Shown: positions 8,715-18,584, counted from the stretch's first letter. The stretch is DNA of 64,000 nucleotides from Gammaproteobacteria bacterium (GCA_021773235.1 JAJFKL010000022.1:389-64388), one strand, 5' to 3'. Notes: a model not told the origin generated them from the sequence alone. Numbers and translations are program-made.

Positions 8715-10151
8715 TTAATCCCGAATCAATAAAGCATTTAATAAGTTATCCTGGAAATTTATATTCCCAGTGAGGCTGTTATGTTCTTCACACAATAAAA
8801 CAGCATGATCCAAAGGAAAGAAAGAATACTTATGTCTTGGTACACTCGGATCTAAAACATTCCGTCCTAATAATGATGCCTTTGTCACAGTTACATCGCC
8901 CGGTTCAAGTAACAAGGCTTCATAATCTACATTTTCTATCGGTTGCGTTATCTGCTCCGGATGCATACGCACTATTGATTTTCCTTCCACTTCTTCGACA
9001 ATAATCCGCGCCGGCGTTAAATGACAATCACCACCAAACACTATCAATGCGGGATGGTTTCTTGGCAGTGGCACGGTTAACGACCAAACAAAGCGCCTTG
9101 CTCGTTCAAGCGTTTTATCAAAATATTTTTCTAATGAGCCTAAATATTTATCAGCTTCTTGCTGTGATGTATATTCACTTGCAATACGATCCCTGACCTT
9201 CGGATCAAATATTGCCCATTGAAAACTACGCCAGGTATTTATATCGAATAAATCCCTATCAAGCGGCTTACCTGCAGCTGTAACAATCCAATTATTGAGT
9301 GGATGCGGTAATAATTGAAAAAGACTCGGCATAGTCACTAGTGTTTCAGGGTTAATCTTTTTTAATCCTAAAGAAAGTCCGTCGATGAAAGTATTCAACA
9401 TCTCAAGAGAACCCAAGTTAGGCGTACCAAGAAGTATTACTCGATGCACTCTGTCGCCACCATACATATTGACTGGAAAATCATTGTCGTTGGTTACATC
9501 AAGCCGACCATAGCGCATATAGTAACGGGCAATAAGACCACCCATACTGTGAGCCACAATATCAACCTTCAGTATTGGGTTATCATAATCTTCACGTATC
9601 TGATCGACCATATCTGCAAGTTGGTGCGCGCTGATAACATTATCCTGTCGCCAGTCGTATATGAATGTATAAAGGTTTTTTTGACTGGGATTTATTTTTT
9701 GTCCAACCTCAGCATGTTTATACCCCCCATAATCAACTAAGGTTTTAATAATATTTCCGTAAAAATCTTTTCCGATAATATCTCCAGCCAATTCGTAAGG
9801 TTCATAGTCATTAGATATAACGTCTAATGTCTCACGGTCAAAATCGAGTGTTAAATGCCTAAACTCATCAAACAATAAATTCCAGGGAGAACTAAACCAG
9901 CCCTCTTCTCCCGTTTCTTTATGTCGTAATTTGCTACCAAGTACACCATGAATAAAGATAACCGGAGGTTGGTCAGTGACCATTTTACTCTCAAGAAAAA
10001 GACGTTTTAGATTAGGCTTTGGCTCAAAGCCACCAGAGATAAAATAAATGGAGACAGCTATAGCCGTCACGAATGATATGGCAGTGTATCGATTACAAAC
10101 GATCTTAAAACAACCAAACAATAGATTTTTGAACATTGATGAACTTTCCAA
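8715..10151 (-). CDS. Membrane-anchored alpha/beta hydrolase, LCAT/PGAP1-like lipase family
   Basis: 478 aa from the TTG at 10151. An alternative ATG at 10136 gives MFKNLLF... N-terminal TM segment. VIFIHGVLGSKL and the nucleophile elbow AHSMGGLIARYY. Confidence 0.75.
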   Translation of the reverse strand: MESSSMFKNLLFGCFKIVCNRYTAISFVTAIAVSIYFISGGFEPKPNLKRLFLESKMVTDQPPVIFIHGVLGSKLRHKETGEEGWFSSPWNLLFDEFRHLTLDFDRETLDVISNDYEPYELAGDIIGKDFYGNIIKTLVDYGGYKHAEVGQKINPSQKNLYTFIYDWRQDNVISAHQLADMVDQIREDYDNPILKVDIVAHSMGGLIARYYMRYGRLDVTNDNDFPVNMYGGDRVHRVILLGTPNLGSLEMLNTFIDGLSLGLKKINPETLVTMPSLFQLLPHPLNNWIVTAAGKPLDRDLFDINTWRSFQWAIFDPKVRDRIASEYTSQQEADKYLGSLEKYFDKTLERARRFVWSLTVPLPRNHPALIVFGGDCHLTPARIIVEEVEGKSIVRMHPEQITQPIENVDYEALLLEPGDVTVTKASLLGRNVLDPSVPRHKYSFFPLDHAVLLCEEHNSLTGNINFQDNLLNALLIRD

Positions 10152-10310
10152 CCAAATGTTATTTATAGAGTCTACATCAAACTAAATGTTCATAATTGAT
10201 ATTATCGTCGCGTGACTACTGGACCCATCCGTCGATAAAACCATATACTTCTATATTTATCAGTGTATTAGTAGATGAATTTTAGTAGCGACATGAAAGA
10301 GAGATATCGA

Positions 10311-10775
10311 ATGAAAACCATATGCAATAGATTATTGTTGATTTTTGGAATGCTAATAATACTGCCAACGTGCACAACGAATTACATTACGCCCTTTGTA
10401 GAATTATCAGATCCAAATCATGAAGAAATTGCATCTATCAGAAAAACCCCCTGGGATTCATACGTCGTTATCTACAACCCAACTACCTGTGATCTAATTG
10501 GTGAAGCCTGTGGTTTCTTTCGAGCACATGCCTACGCACATTACCGGCTAGATCATTCACTCATAAGACCGAAATACTATCCCCCATTATCTGAAATGCA
10601 GGCTGATTGTTATGTCGCCAAATATGGTCGTCAAAATGAAATCCAGGCCGCTGTAAAGTTACTAATGGATGAAAACAGGGATTCAAGCTTGAAAATACAC
10701 GGAGATCCTATGATTCGGGCTGAGAATATAATTGATTGCGCTAAACAGGCGGGCAATTGGAGCGACAGTAAATAA
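10311..10775 (+). CDS. Hypothetical secreted protein or lipoprotein
   Basis: The ORF track starts at 10275. I prefer M13 (ATG 10311), which gives the signal-like MKTICNRLLLIFGMLIILPTC. Four Cys residues and a HAYAHY motif. No family recognised. Confidence 0.55.
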   Translation: MKTICNRLLLIFGMLIILPTCTTNYITPFVELSDPNHEEIASIRKTPWDSYVVIYNPTTCDLIGEACGFFRAHAYAHYRLDHSLIRPKYYPPLSEMQADCYVAKYGRQNEIQAAVKLLMDENRDSSLKIHGDPMIRAENIIDCAKQAGNWSDSK

Positions 10776-10797
10776 ATTCATAATCAGGGAATCTAAT

Positions 10798-10887
10798 TGG
10801 CGGAGAGGGTGGGATTCGAACCCACGGGACCGATAAAGGACCGCTGGTTTTCAAGACCAGTGCATTCGACCACTCTGCCACCTCTCC
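10798..10887 (-). tRNA. serT: tRNA-Ser (anticodon UGA), CCA encoded
   Basis: Reverse complement: GGAGAGGTGGCAGAGTGGTCGAATGCACTGGTCTTGAAAACCAGCGGTCCTTTATCGGTCCCGTGGGTTCGAATCCCACCCTCTCCGCCA. Acceptor stem GGAGAGG/CCTCTCC, anticodon loop CTTGAAA, long variable arm and T-arm GGTTCGAATCC. Confidence 0.95.
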
Positions 10888-11049
10888 AGTGCCGTGCGAT
10901 CTAAGGTGCGAGAGGATACATGATCATTCGCAATGGGAAAAGCCGTATAAGACAATTGAATTTAAAGTAAATTTAATGAAACAAAGCTTGATATTTACTC
11001 TCCAAACCATTACATAATAGATATTGTTTTAATAATCAGGTGGAAATAA

Positions 11050-11721
11050 ATGAACGAGAGCCAATTTGCAGTTACAAGACCAGTAGAATCGATACTTGCT
11101 ACAAATAAAGTATTAAAGAACACATACTTACTACTGTCGATGACATTAATATTTAGTGCTGCTATGGCAGGCCTATCTATCTACATGAACTTCCCACCCA
11201 TTCATTGGATTATCCAACTTGGAGGCATGTTTGGCTTATTAATGCTGACAAATGTCTTTAAAAACAGTGCACTTGGCTTAGTCTGCGTATTTGCATTCAC
11301 TGGCTTTATGGGACTAACTGCTGGTCCAACGGTCAACTTATATCTCAGCGCTTTCACTAATGGTGCAGAATTAGTGATGACTGCCGCAGGCGGAACCGGT
11401 GTCATTTTTCTTGGTTTGTCTGGTTATGTACTGACGACGCGCAAAGATTTCAGCTTTATGGGTGGTTTTCTATTTATAGGCTTGATCGTGATGATTCTAG
11501 CATCGCTAGCAAATCTCTTTTTTCAGGTTGCGGCTGTTCAACTGGCGCTATCAGCGATGTCTATCTTACTGTTTTCTGGTTATATTCTGTATGACACCAG
11601 CAAGATTATTCATGGTGGTGAAACAAACTATGTCATGGCCACAGTCACCCTATTCATTGATATATACATCATCTTTATGAATCTTTTACACCTACTCGGA
11701 GCATTCGGTGGAGATGATTAA
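11050..11721 (+). CDS. yccA: Bax inhibitor-1/YccA family inner-membrane protein
   Basis: 223 aa with about 7 TM segments and a BI-1-type C-terminus (YILYDTSKIIHGGETNYVMATVTLFIDIYIIF). It sits next to tRNA-Ser(UGA), as yccA sits next to serT in E. coli. Confidence 0.85.
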   Translation: MNESQFAVTRPVESILATNKVLKNTYLLLSMTLIFSAAMAGLSIYMNFPPIHWIIQLGGMFGLLMLTNVFKNSALGLVCVFAFTGFMGLTAGPTVNLYLSAFTNGAELVMTAAGGTGVIFLGLSGYVLTTRKDFSFMGGFLFIGLIVMILASLANLFFQVAAVQLALSAMSILLFSGYILYDTSKIIHGGETNYVMATVTLFIDIYIIFMNLLHLLGAFGGDD

Positions 11722-11744
11722 TACTTGAGATTCAGCTTAAAAGA

Positions 11745-11774
11745 CAAAAAAACCGGCTTAATGCCGGTTTTTTT
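11745..11774 (+). terminator. Rho-independent terminator after yccA (A-tract/T-tract, possibly bidirectional)
   Basis: AAAAAAACCGGC-TTAAT-GCCGGTTTTTTT. Confidence 0.85.
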
Positions 11775-11775
11775 A

Positions 11776-11990
11776 TGTCCACGATGGACTACTCAAAAAT
11801 TACTGGAAATTTTGTCCTGACAATGTCAACCACTATCGTCCATGGCGTTCGTATGCCGCAATTAGACACGACTACATTGAGGTAGGAGTTAGGGCGAAGC
11901 ATGAAGCCAGAGCCTAGAAAGTCTAAAGCGGCCATTTACAGGGAGGTTTCGTGACTTGACGCCAAGCTATGACTTAAATTAATAATCGTG
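11776..11990. repeat. Structured intergenic repeat region (GTCCA-N3-TGGAC hairpin plus AAGCGGCCATTTACA-type motif)
   Basis: ATGTCCACGATGGAC at 11775-11789 recurs as ATGTCCACGGATGGAC at 51750-51765, in both cases directly after a terminator T-tract. AAAGCGGCCATTTA (11925-11938) resembles GAAGCAGCCATTACA at 53159-53173. Confidence 0.5.
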
Positions 11991-12064
11991 ATAGCATCAA
12001 GCGCGTTTTTATAATAATAAATCACTATTAATCTATATAAATCCAAACGAGAGGTGGTCAAACG

Positions 12065-13603
12065 ATGAAGATCGGGGTGCCTAAGGAAACTTATGCAGGT
12101 GAAAAGCGTGTTGCTACAACACCTGAAGTCATAAGTTGGTTACAAAAATTGGGGTACAGCGTTACCGTAGAGGCCGGCGCAGGTGCAGAAGCAAATTTTT
12201 CTGATGAAGCTTATAGCGAAGCTGGCGCTGAAATAGCGACAGATACCAAAGCGCTGTGGGACGCTTCAGAGATCATATTCAAAGTTCGAGCTCCGGATGA
12301 CAATGAAGTCGAACTATTGCATGACGGCCAAACTTTAATCAGTTTCATCTGGCCAGCGCAAAATGAAGCTTTGATGCAGAAGCTTTCAGCCAAGAAGGTC
12401 AATATTCTCGCAATGGACAGCGTGCCGCGTATCTCAAGAGCTCAAAAAATGGATGCGCTAAGCTCTATGGCCAATATAGCCGGTTACCGCGCTATTGTTG
12501 AGGCATCTCATAATTTTGGACGCTTTTTTACCGGCCAGATAACGGCTGCAGGTAAAGTACCACCCGCTAAAGTATTAGTTATCGGGGCTGGTGTAGCAGG
12601 ACTTGCCGCGATTGGTGCCGCAAATAGCTTAGGCGCTATTGTTCGCTCATTTGATACCCGACCTGAAGTTAAAGAACAAGTCGAAAGCATGGGCGCTGAC
12701 TTCTTATTACTTGAGTTTGAAGAAGATGGCAGTGGAGAAGGTGGTTATGCAAAAACCATGAGTGATGAATTTATCGCTGCTGAAATGGCGCTTTTTGCTG
12801 AACAAGCAAAAGAAGTCGACATAATCGTAACGACAGCCTTAATTCCAGGTAAACCAGCACCAAAGTTAATTACGACTGAAATGGTCAAATCCATGAAAAA
12901 TGGTAGTGTCATTGTCGATTTGGCAGCTGAACAGGGTGGTAACTGTGAATTAACTGTTCCGCATGAGCTATCAGTAACTGATAACGGCGTGACTATTATC
13001 GGCTACAGTGATTTACCCAGTCGATTACCAAATCAATCAAGCCAACTCTACGCAACTAATCTGCGCCATTTATTGACCGACATGACCCCTGAAAAGGATG
13101 GTCAGATGATCATTGATATGGAAGATGAGGCTGTTCGCGGAGCAACGGTAATTAATGCCGGTGAAATCTCCTGGCCACCACCCGCACCGAAGCTTTCGGC
13201 GGCACCAGCAAAACCTGCTGAAGCACCAGTGGTAGTTGAGAAACCAGAACCAAAGAAGGCAGGACCTATCAAGCAAATGTTGCCCGTTATTATCGGTGCA
13301 TTAGTTTTGTACGGTCTTGGTTCAGTAGCCCCTGCTTCTTTTATGGCGCACTTTACAGTCTTTGTATTAGCCTGTTTTGTGGGTTATATGGTGATCTGGA
13401 ACGTATCCGCTTCACTACATACACCACTGATGAGTGTGACCAATGCGGTCAGTAGTATTATTGTTATCGGCGCACTGATACAAGTATCCTCATCAGGAAT
13501 ACTGTTAGTCGGGCTCGCTGCCTTTGGCATCCTTATAACCAGCATCAACATCGTGGGTGGCTTTGCCGTTACTCATCGTATGTTACAGATGTTCAGAAGA
13601 TAA
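12065..13603 (+). CDS. pntA: NAD(P) transhydrogenase subunit alpha
   Basis: 512 aa. N-terminus [24 protein letters not shown]-binding fold [17 protein letters not shown] and C-terminal TM helices. Confidence 0.95.
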   Translation: MKIGVPKETYAGEKRVATTPEVISWLQKLGYSVTVEAGAGAEANFSDEAYSEAGAEIATDTKALWDASEIIFKVRAPDDNEVELLHDGQTLISFIWPAQNEALMQKLSAKKVNILAMDSVPRISRAQKMDALSSMANIAGYRAIVEASHNFGRFFTGQITAAGKVPPAKVLVIGAGVAGLAAIGAANSLGAIVRSFDTRPEVKEQVESMGADFLLLEFEEDGSGEGGYAKTMSDEFIAAEMALFAEQAKEVDIIVTTALIPGKPAPKLITTEMVKSMKNGSVIVDLAAEQGGNCELTVPHELSVTDNGVTIIGYSDLPSRLPNQSSQLYATNLRHLLTDMTPEKDGQMIIDMEDEAVRGATVINAGEISWPPPAPKLSAAPAKPAEAPVVVEKPEPKKAGPIKQMLPVIIGALVLYGLGSVAPASFMAHFTVFVLACFVGYMVIWNVSASLHTPLMSVTNAVSSIIVIGALIQVSSSGILLVGLAAFGILITSINIVGGFAVTHRMLQMFRR

Positions 13604-13613
13604 GGGGATTATC

Positions 13614-15023
13614 ATGTCAGAAGGTTTAGTAACAGCATCATATATAGGCGCGACTATCTTATTCATCCTAACCTTGGGTGGATTGAGTAATCAGGAAACA
13701 GCACGTCGAGGCAACATCTACGGCATCATCGGTATGACATTGGCGATAGTTGCCACCGTCTTTGGCCCGGAAGTGAGCGGCACAATGAGTTACATCCTCA
13801 TTGCCGTTATGATGGGTGTTGGTGGTGCAGTAGGTTTCACTCTCGCCAGAAAAGTCGAAATGACACAGATGCCAGAATTGGTTGCCATCCTACACAGTCT
13901 TGTTGGCTTGGCTGCCGTACTCGTCGGTTATGTCAACTTCATGGATGAAACCATTTCCTTTGCAACGCATGCTGAAAAGGTCATTCATGAAGTCGAGATT
14001 TACATCGGTATCTTAATCGGTGCGATCACGTTCTCAGGCTCAATCATCGCCTTTGGTAAACTCAGCGGTAAGATCGGTGGTAACCCACTATTATTACCCG
14101 CACGTCATTTCTTGAATTTGGGTTTATTGATTGCCACAATTTGGTTATGCACGGTGTTTGTCCATCAGGCAGAGACAGGTGGAGGAACCCTTCCACTATT
14201 GATTATGACCTTAATCGCCCTCGCCTTTGGTGTGCACATGGTTATGGCTATCGGTGGTGCAGACATGCCCGTAGTTGTTTCAATGTTAAACAGCTATTCA
14301 GGTTGGGCCGCATCAGCAACCGGTTTTATGCTATCAAACGACCTATTGATCGTAGTAGGTGCATTGGTTGGCAGTAGTGGTGCCATACTGAGTTACATCA
14401 TGTGCCGTGCTATGAATCGAAATTTCATTTCAGTTATCGCCGGTGGCTTTGGTACAACGTCAGGAACAGCAGCTTCAGGTTCAGCCGAAGATCAAGGTGA
14501 AGTGGTAGCGATTGAGACTCATGATGTTGCCGAGCTTTTACTCGATGCCAAGGAAGTTATGATTATTCCTGGTTACGGTATGGCAGTAGCACAAGCACAG
14601 CATACCGTACATGAAATCACTCAAACTTTGCGTGATAAAAAAATCAACGTTCGTTTTGGTATTCATCCCGTAGCCGGACGTATGCCGGGACATATGAACG
14701 TGCTGCTTGCAGAAGCAAAAGTGCCGTATGACATTGTCTATGAAATGGATGAGATTAACGATGATTTTCCAGATATTGATGTCTCCATCATTATCGGGGC
14801 AAATGATATAGTTAACCCATCGGCTCTAGACGATCCAAATAGTCCAATCGCGGGTATGCCTGTGATGGAATGTTGGAAAGGAAAAACAACCATCGTTCTA
14901 AAACGTGGAATGGCAACAGGTTATGCTGGCGTTCAAAACCCACTTTTCTTTAAAGAAAATACACGTATGTATTTTGGTGATGCTAAGGAAAGTCTGGATG
15001 CCGTATTAAAAGAAATATTGTAA
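13614..15023 (+). CDS. pntB: NAD(P) transhydrogenase subunit beta
   Basis: The ATG at 13614 ([12 protein letters not shown]) lies 10 nt after the pntA stop and is preceded by AAGGGG. Membrane N-terminal domain. C-terminal NADP(H) domain motifs ([22 protein letters not shown]). Confidence 0.95.
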   Translation: MSEGLVTASYIGATILFILTLGGLSNQETARRGNIYGIIGMTLAIVATVFGPEVSGTMSYILIAVMMGVGGAVGFTLARKVEMTQMPELVAILHSLVGLAAVLVGYVNFMDETISFATHAEKVIHEVEIYIGILIGAITFSGSIIAFGKLSGKIGGNPLLLPARHFLNLGLLIATIWLCTVFVHQAETGGGTLPLLIMTLIALAFGVHMVMAIGGADMPVVVSMLNSYSGWAASATGFMLSNDLLIVVGALVGSSGAILSYIMCRAMNRNFISVIAGGFGTTSGTAASGSAEDQGEVVAIETHDVAELLLDAKEVMIIPGYGMAVAQAQHTVHEITQTLRDKKINVRFGIHPVAGRMPGHMNVLLAEAKVPYDIVYEMDEINDDFPDIDVSIIIGANDIVNPSALDDPNSPIAGMPVMECWKGKTTIVLKRGMATGYAGVQNPLFFKENTRMYFGDAKESLDAVLKEIL

Positions 15024-15048
15024 AAATAGTTCTCATTTGGGCAAAACT

Positions 15049-15071
15049 AAAGCGCCCTTCGGGCGCTTTTT
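15049..15071 (+). terminator. Rho-independent terminator after pntB
   Basis: AGCGCCC-TTC-GGGCGCT followed by TTTTT. Confidence 0.85.
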
Positions 15072-15150
15072 AGTTAGTATTAAAGACATAATTACTACAG
15101 TATCAGTCAGTAGCTAATTGCAATTAAATCTAAATCATAAGGAGAAGGAT

Positions 15151-15477
15151 ATGGCAGAAGCAAAGGGTTTGAGTAAACCCGTAAAGTTAAAAAGCGACCT
15201 AGCAGGCTTGCTTGGAGAAACAGAACTTCCTAGAACAGAAATCACAAAAAAATTATGGGATTATATTAAAGCAAATAAGCTACAGACAAAGACAGAGAAT
15301 GGTAAAGCAGAAAATGCCGGCAAGTTCATCGTTGCTGATGCCAATTTACTGCCTGTATTCAAGAATACAAAATCAACCAGTAAATCAGGCAAACTAACGG
15401 ACCTGACACAAATGAAAGAAGGTGAAACAATCGACATGATGCAAATGGCGGCTGTTGTTGGTGCAAATATAGAATAA
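15151..15477 (+). CDS. SWIB/MDM2 domain-containing small protein
   Basis: The ATG at 15151 is preceded by AAGGAGAAGG. LPRTEITKKLWDYIKANKLQ followed by FIVADANLLPVF matches the SWIB/MDM2 signature. Confidence 0.75.
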   Translation: MAEAKGLSKPVKLKSDLAGLLGETELPRTEITKKLWDYIKANKLQTKTENGKAENAGKFIVADANLLPVFKNTKSTSKSGKLTDLTQMKEGETIDMMQMAAVVGANIE

Positions 15478-15505
15478 GTTTTTCTATTGCTGATACGAAT
15501 TTAAG

Positions 15506-15529
15506 AACGTCCTACTCGGGCGTTTTTTT
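15506..15529 (+). terminator. Rho-independent terminator after the SWIB gene
   Basis: AACGTCC-TACTC-GGGCGTT (one G:U pair) followed by TTTTTTT. Confidence 0.8.
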
Positions 15530-15540
15530 ATTTCAAATTT

Positions 15541-15830
15541 AATTTTTTGTCATCCTCGCACTTCTTTTTCTACGTTGCTTTCCGCCTTTATGGCGTCTTA
15601 CTTTTCTTCATAGAAAAGTAAGCAAAAGAACCTTTCCCTAATGTCATGGCCTACGGCTACCTTCGTCAGTAATCAGTAACGAGGGTCGCGCATACATGAC
15701 ATCGTGTCATAGATGCACTCAATTGTGCGTCCATGCACAATTGCCCCTCATTACTGATCACTTCCTCAGCATGCCATACGGGGTTTAACTACACATCGCA
15801 TAAAACATGTCCGACATGATGTTTTCTGTC
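15541..15830. repeat. Roughly 290 nt multi-hairpin non-coding element (nested inverted repeats); MITE/REP-like element or structured RNA
   Basis: - Perfect 10 bp hairpin at 15597-15622 (CTTACTTTTC/GAAAAGTAAG).
- An 18 nt imperfect inverted repeat, 15668-15685 against 15745-15762.
- That repeat encloses two hairpins: ATGACA-TCG-TGTCAT (15696-15710) and AATTGTGC-GTCCAT-GCACAATT (15721-15742).
- AAAACAT-N10-ATGTTTT at 15802-15825. Confidence 0.6.
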
Positions 15831-16079
15831 CTTTCTGTAACTTGTTGAAATTATATTAATAATTGCGTATTTCCAATGAAGTTTTAAATATCGAGGCGTA
15901 GATAAATTAGATATGAAAATAGCAAAGTGGACACCTCCGATATAGAGTAACTATAATTACTTCATCACATATCTTATTGAAACAGGGAGAGTTTTCACAA
16001 TGTTACCTTTCAACACCTATACTAGTATATCGGACAAAGTGTCCATTAAAATATAGTTAGAAAGCATTGCATAAAAGTT

Positions 16080-16469
16080 ATGAAGCACTACTTACATTCA
16101 ACCCTTCTTATTTTATCGATTATGTTGAGCTACGGTTGCGCTCATGACTATGTGGGATTGACCCCATTAGCATCGTCAGACGGTTTCTATGAAGCAAGTA
16201 TTGGCGAAGCACGTCTCAAACAAGCTAATTGCATTATTCCAGAAGCCCCAGAGTTTGTTTGTCATGCACATCCTCGTATAGAAACAATACGAGCTGTTCT
16301 ACGAGGGGAGTGCAATGACCCTAGTGAACTTACGCCATGCGCAAAGGCTCTGATTGAAGTAGAAGCTTCGAAAAAAGGCATTTGTACTGGTGGCGTTGAA
16401 TACATTATGCGCGGAATAAGTAAACCAGGTTTATGGAATTCGTTTGTAGTCCGTTGTATTAGGCATTGA
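16080..16469 (+). CDS. Hypothetical lipoprotein
   Basis: 129 aa. Signal peptide with lipobox (LSIMLSYGC). Cys-rich mature part. Confidence 0.6.
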   Translation: MKHYLHSTLLILSIMLSYGCAHDYVGLTPLASSDGFYEASIGEARLKQANCIIPEAPEFVCHAHPRIETIRAVLRGECNDPSELTPCAKALIEVEASKKGICTGGVEYIMRGISKPGLWNSFVVRCIRH

Positions 16470-16876
16470 AATTAATGCTTTACCCAATGTTTGCCATGGT
16501 TCTGCTCACAACTCTAGTAGGTGTGATTGCTTTGGTATGTCGATTTAAGAGTGTTAAAAATAGGACTGTAAAGGCTAGATATTATAGGCTTATGCAAGGT
16601 TATGATGTTCCAGAGATAATTACTAAAACAACGCGCTGTGTTAATAACATGTTCGAGGTGCCTGTTTTGTTCTATGTGGTTTCTACTCTATTTATCAGTC
16701 TCAAGGTAGAAAGTTCGCTTGCACTTGTTTTAGCGTGGGGCTTTGTTGGATTTCGATGCGCGCAAGCAACCATACATTTAACGTATAACAATGTATTGCA
16801 TCGTCTGCTTATGTTCTGGTTTGCGTTTGTCTGTGTGCTTGCTATGTGGATAACGCTTGTCGTACAGCAAAGCTAA
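16466..16876 (+). CDS. MAPEG-family membrane protein
   Basis: 136 aa with 3-4 TM segments. NNMFEVPVLFY and R..Q..IHL.YNN..HR resemble MAPEG motifs. The TTG start overlaps the upstream stop. An alternative ATG lies at 16475. Confidence 0.55.
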   Translation: MKLMLYPMFAMVLLTTLVGVIALVCRFKSVKNRTVKARYYRLMQGYDVPEIITKTTRCVNNMFEVPVLFYVVSTLFISLKVESSLALVLAWGFVGFRCAQATIHLTYNNVLHRLLMFWFAFVCVLAMWITLVVQQS

Positions 16877-16882
16877 ACGCTG

Positions 16883-18172
<1,290 letters not shown>

Positions 18173-18199
18173 CTAAAACTGATTTACTGGGACTGATTT

Positions 18200-18580
18200 T
18201 CAGAGGCTTGTTTGTCTGGCAAGCAACATTCCAAGCCAACAAACACATAGGCATAAGAGTACTGAGACAATGATGTTTAAGCCTGCTTTCAATACTTCAC
18301 CTGTCTCGATTAAATTTATTGTTTCAAACGAGAACGTTGAAAACGTAGTGAATGCACCTAACAAACCAATAACTAAAAATGCGCGCCACTCTTCTGATAA
18401 TTCTCCGCGCTCAACCATAAATACAAAAACTGCACCAATTATAAATGAGCCCACTACATTGACAAGCAAAGTCCCATAAGGAAATCCTTTGCCAAAAAAA
18501 TGGTGTGCACCGCTTGAAAAGCCATAACGTAACAAGGCACCTAGTGCACCACCTGCTGCGATTGATATTAAATGCATCAT
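18200..18580 (-). CDS. crcB: Fluoride ion channel CrcB/FluC
   Basis: 126 aa with 4 TM segments. GGALGALLRY and GLLGAFTTFSTFS motifs. Confidence 0.9.
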   Translation of the reverse strand: MMHLISIAAGGALGALLRYGFSSGAHHFFGKGFPYGTLLVNVVGSFIIGAVFVFMVERGELSEEWRAFLVIGLLGAFTTFSTFSFETINLIETGEVLKAGLNIIVSVLLCLCVCWLGMLLARQTSL

Positions 18581-18584
18581 AAGT

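Noticed and set aside
10798-10887. Looked for an integrase, transposase or att direct repeat next to tRNA-Ser to support a mobile island.
   Set aside because: None was seen in the window, so the island idea is kept only as a low-confidence inference.
13557-13613. Upstream start of pntB overlapping the pntA 3' end.
   Set aside because: The ATG at 13614 follows the pntA stop and an AAGGGG Shine-Dalgarno sequence, and gives a canonical PntB N-terminus.
18581-18584. Looked for a fluoride (crcB-motif) riboswitch upstream of crcB.
   Set aside because: crcB starts 4 nt after the rarA stop, so there is no room for a leader. It is presumably co-transcribed with rarA.
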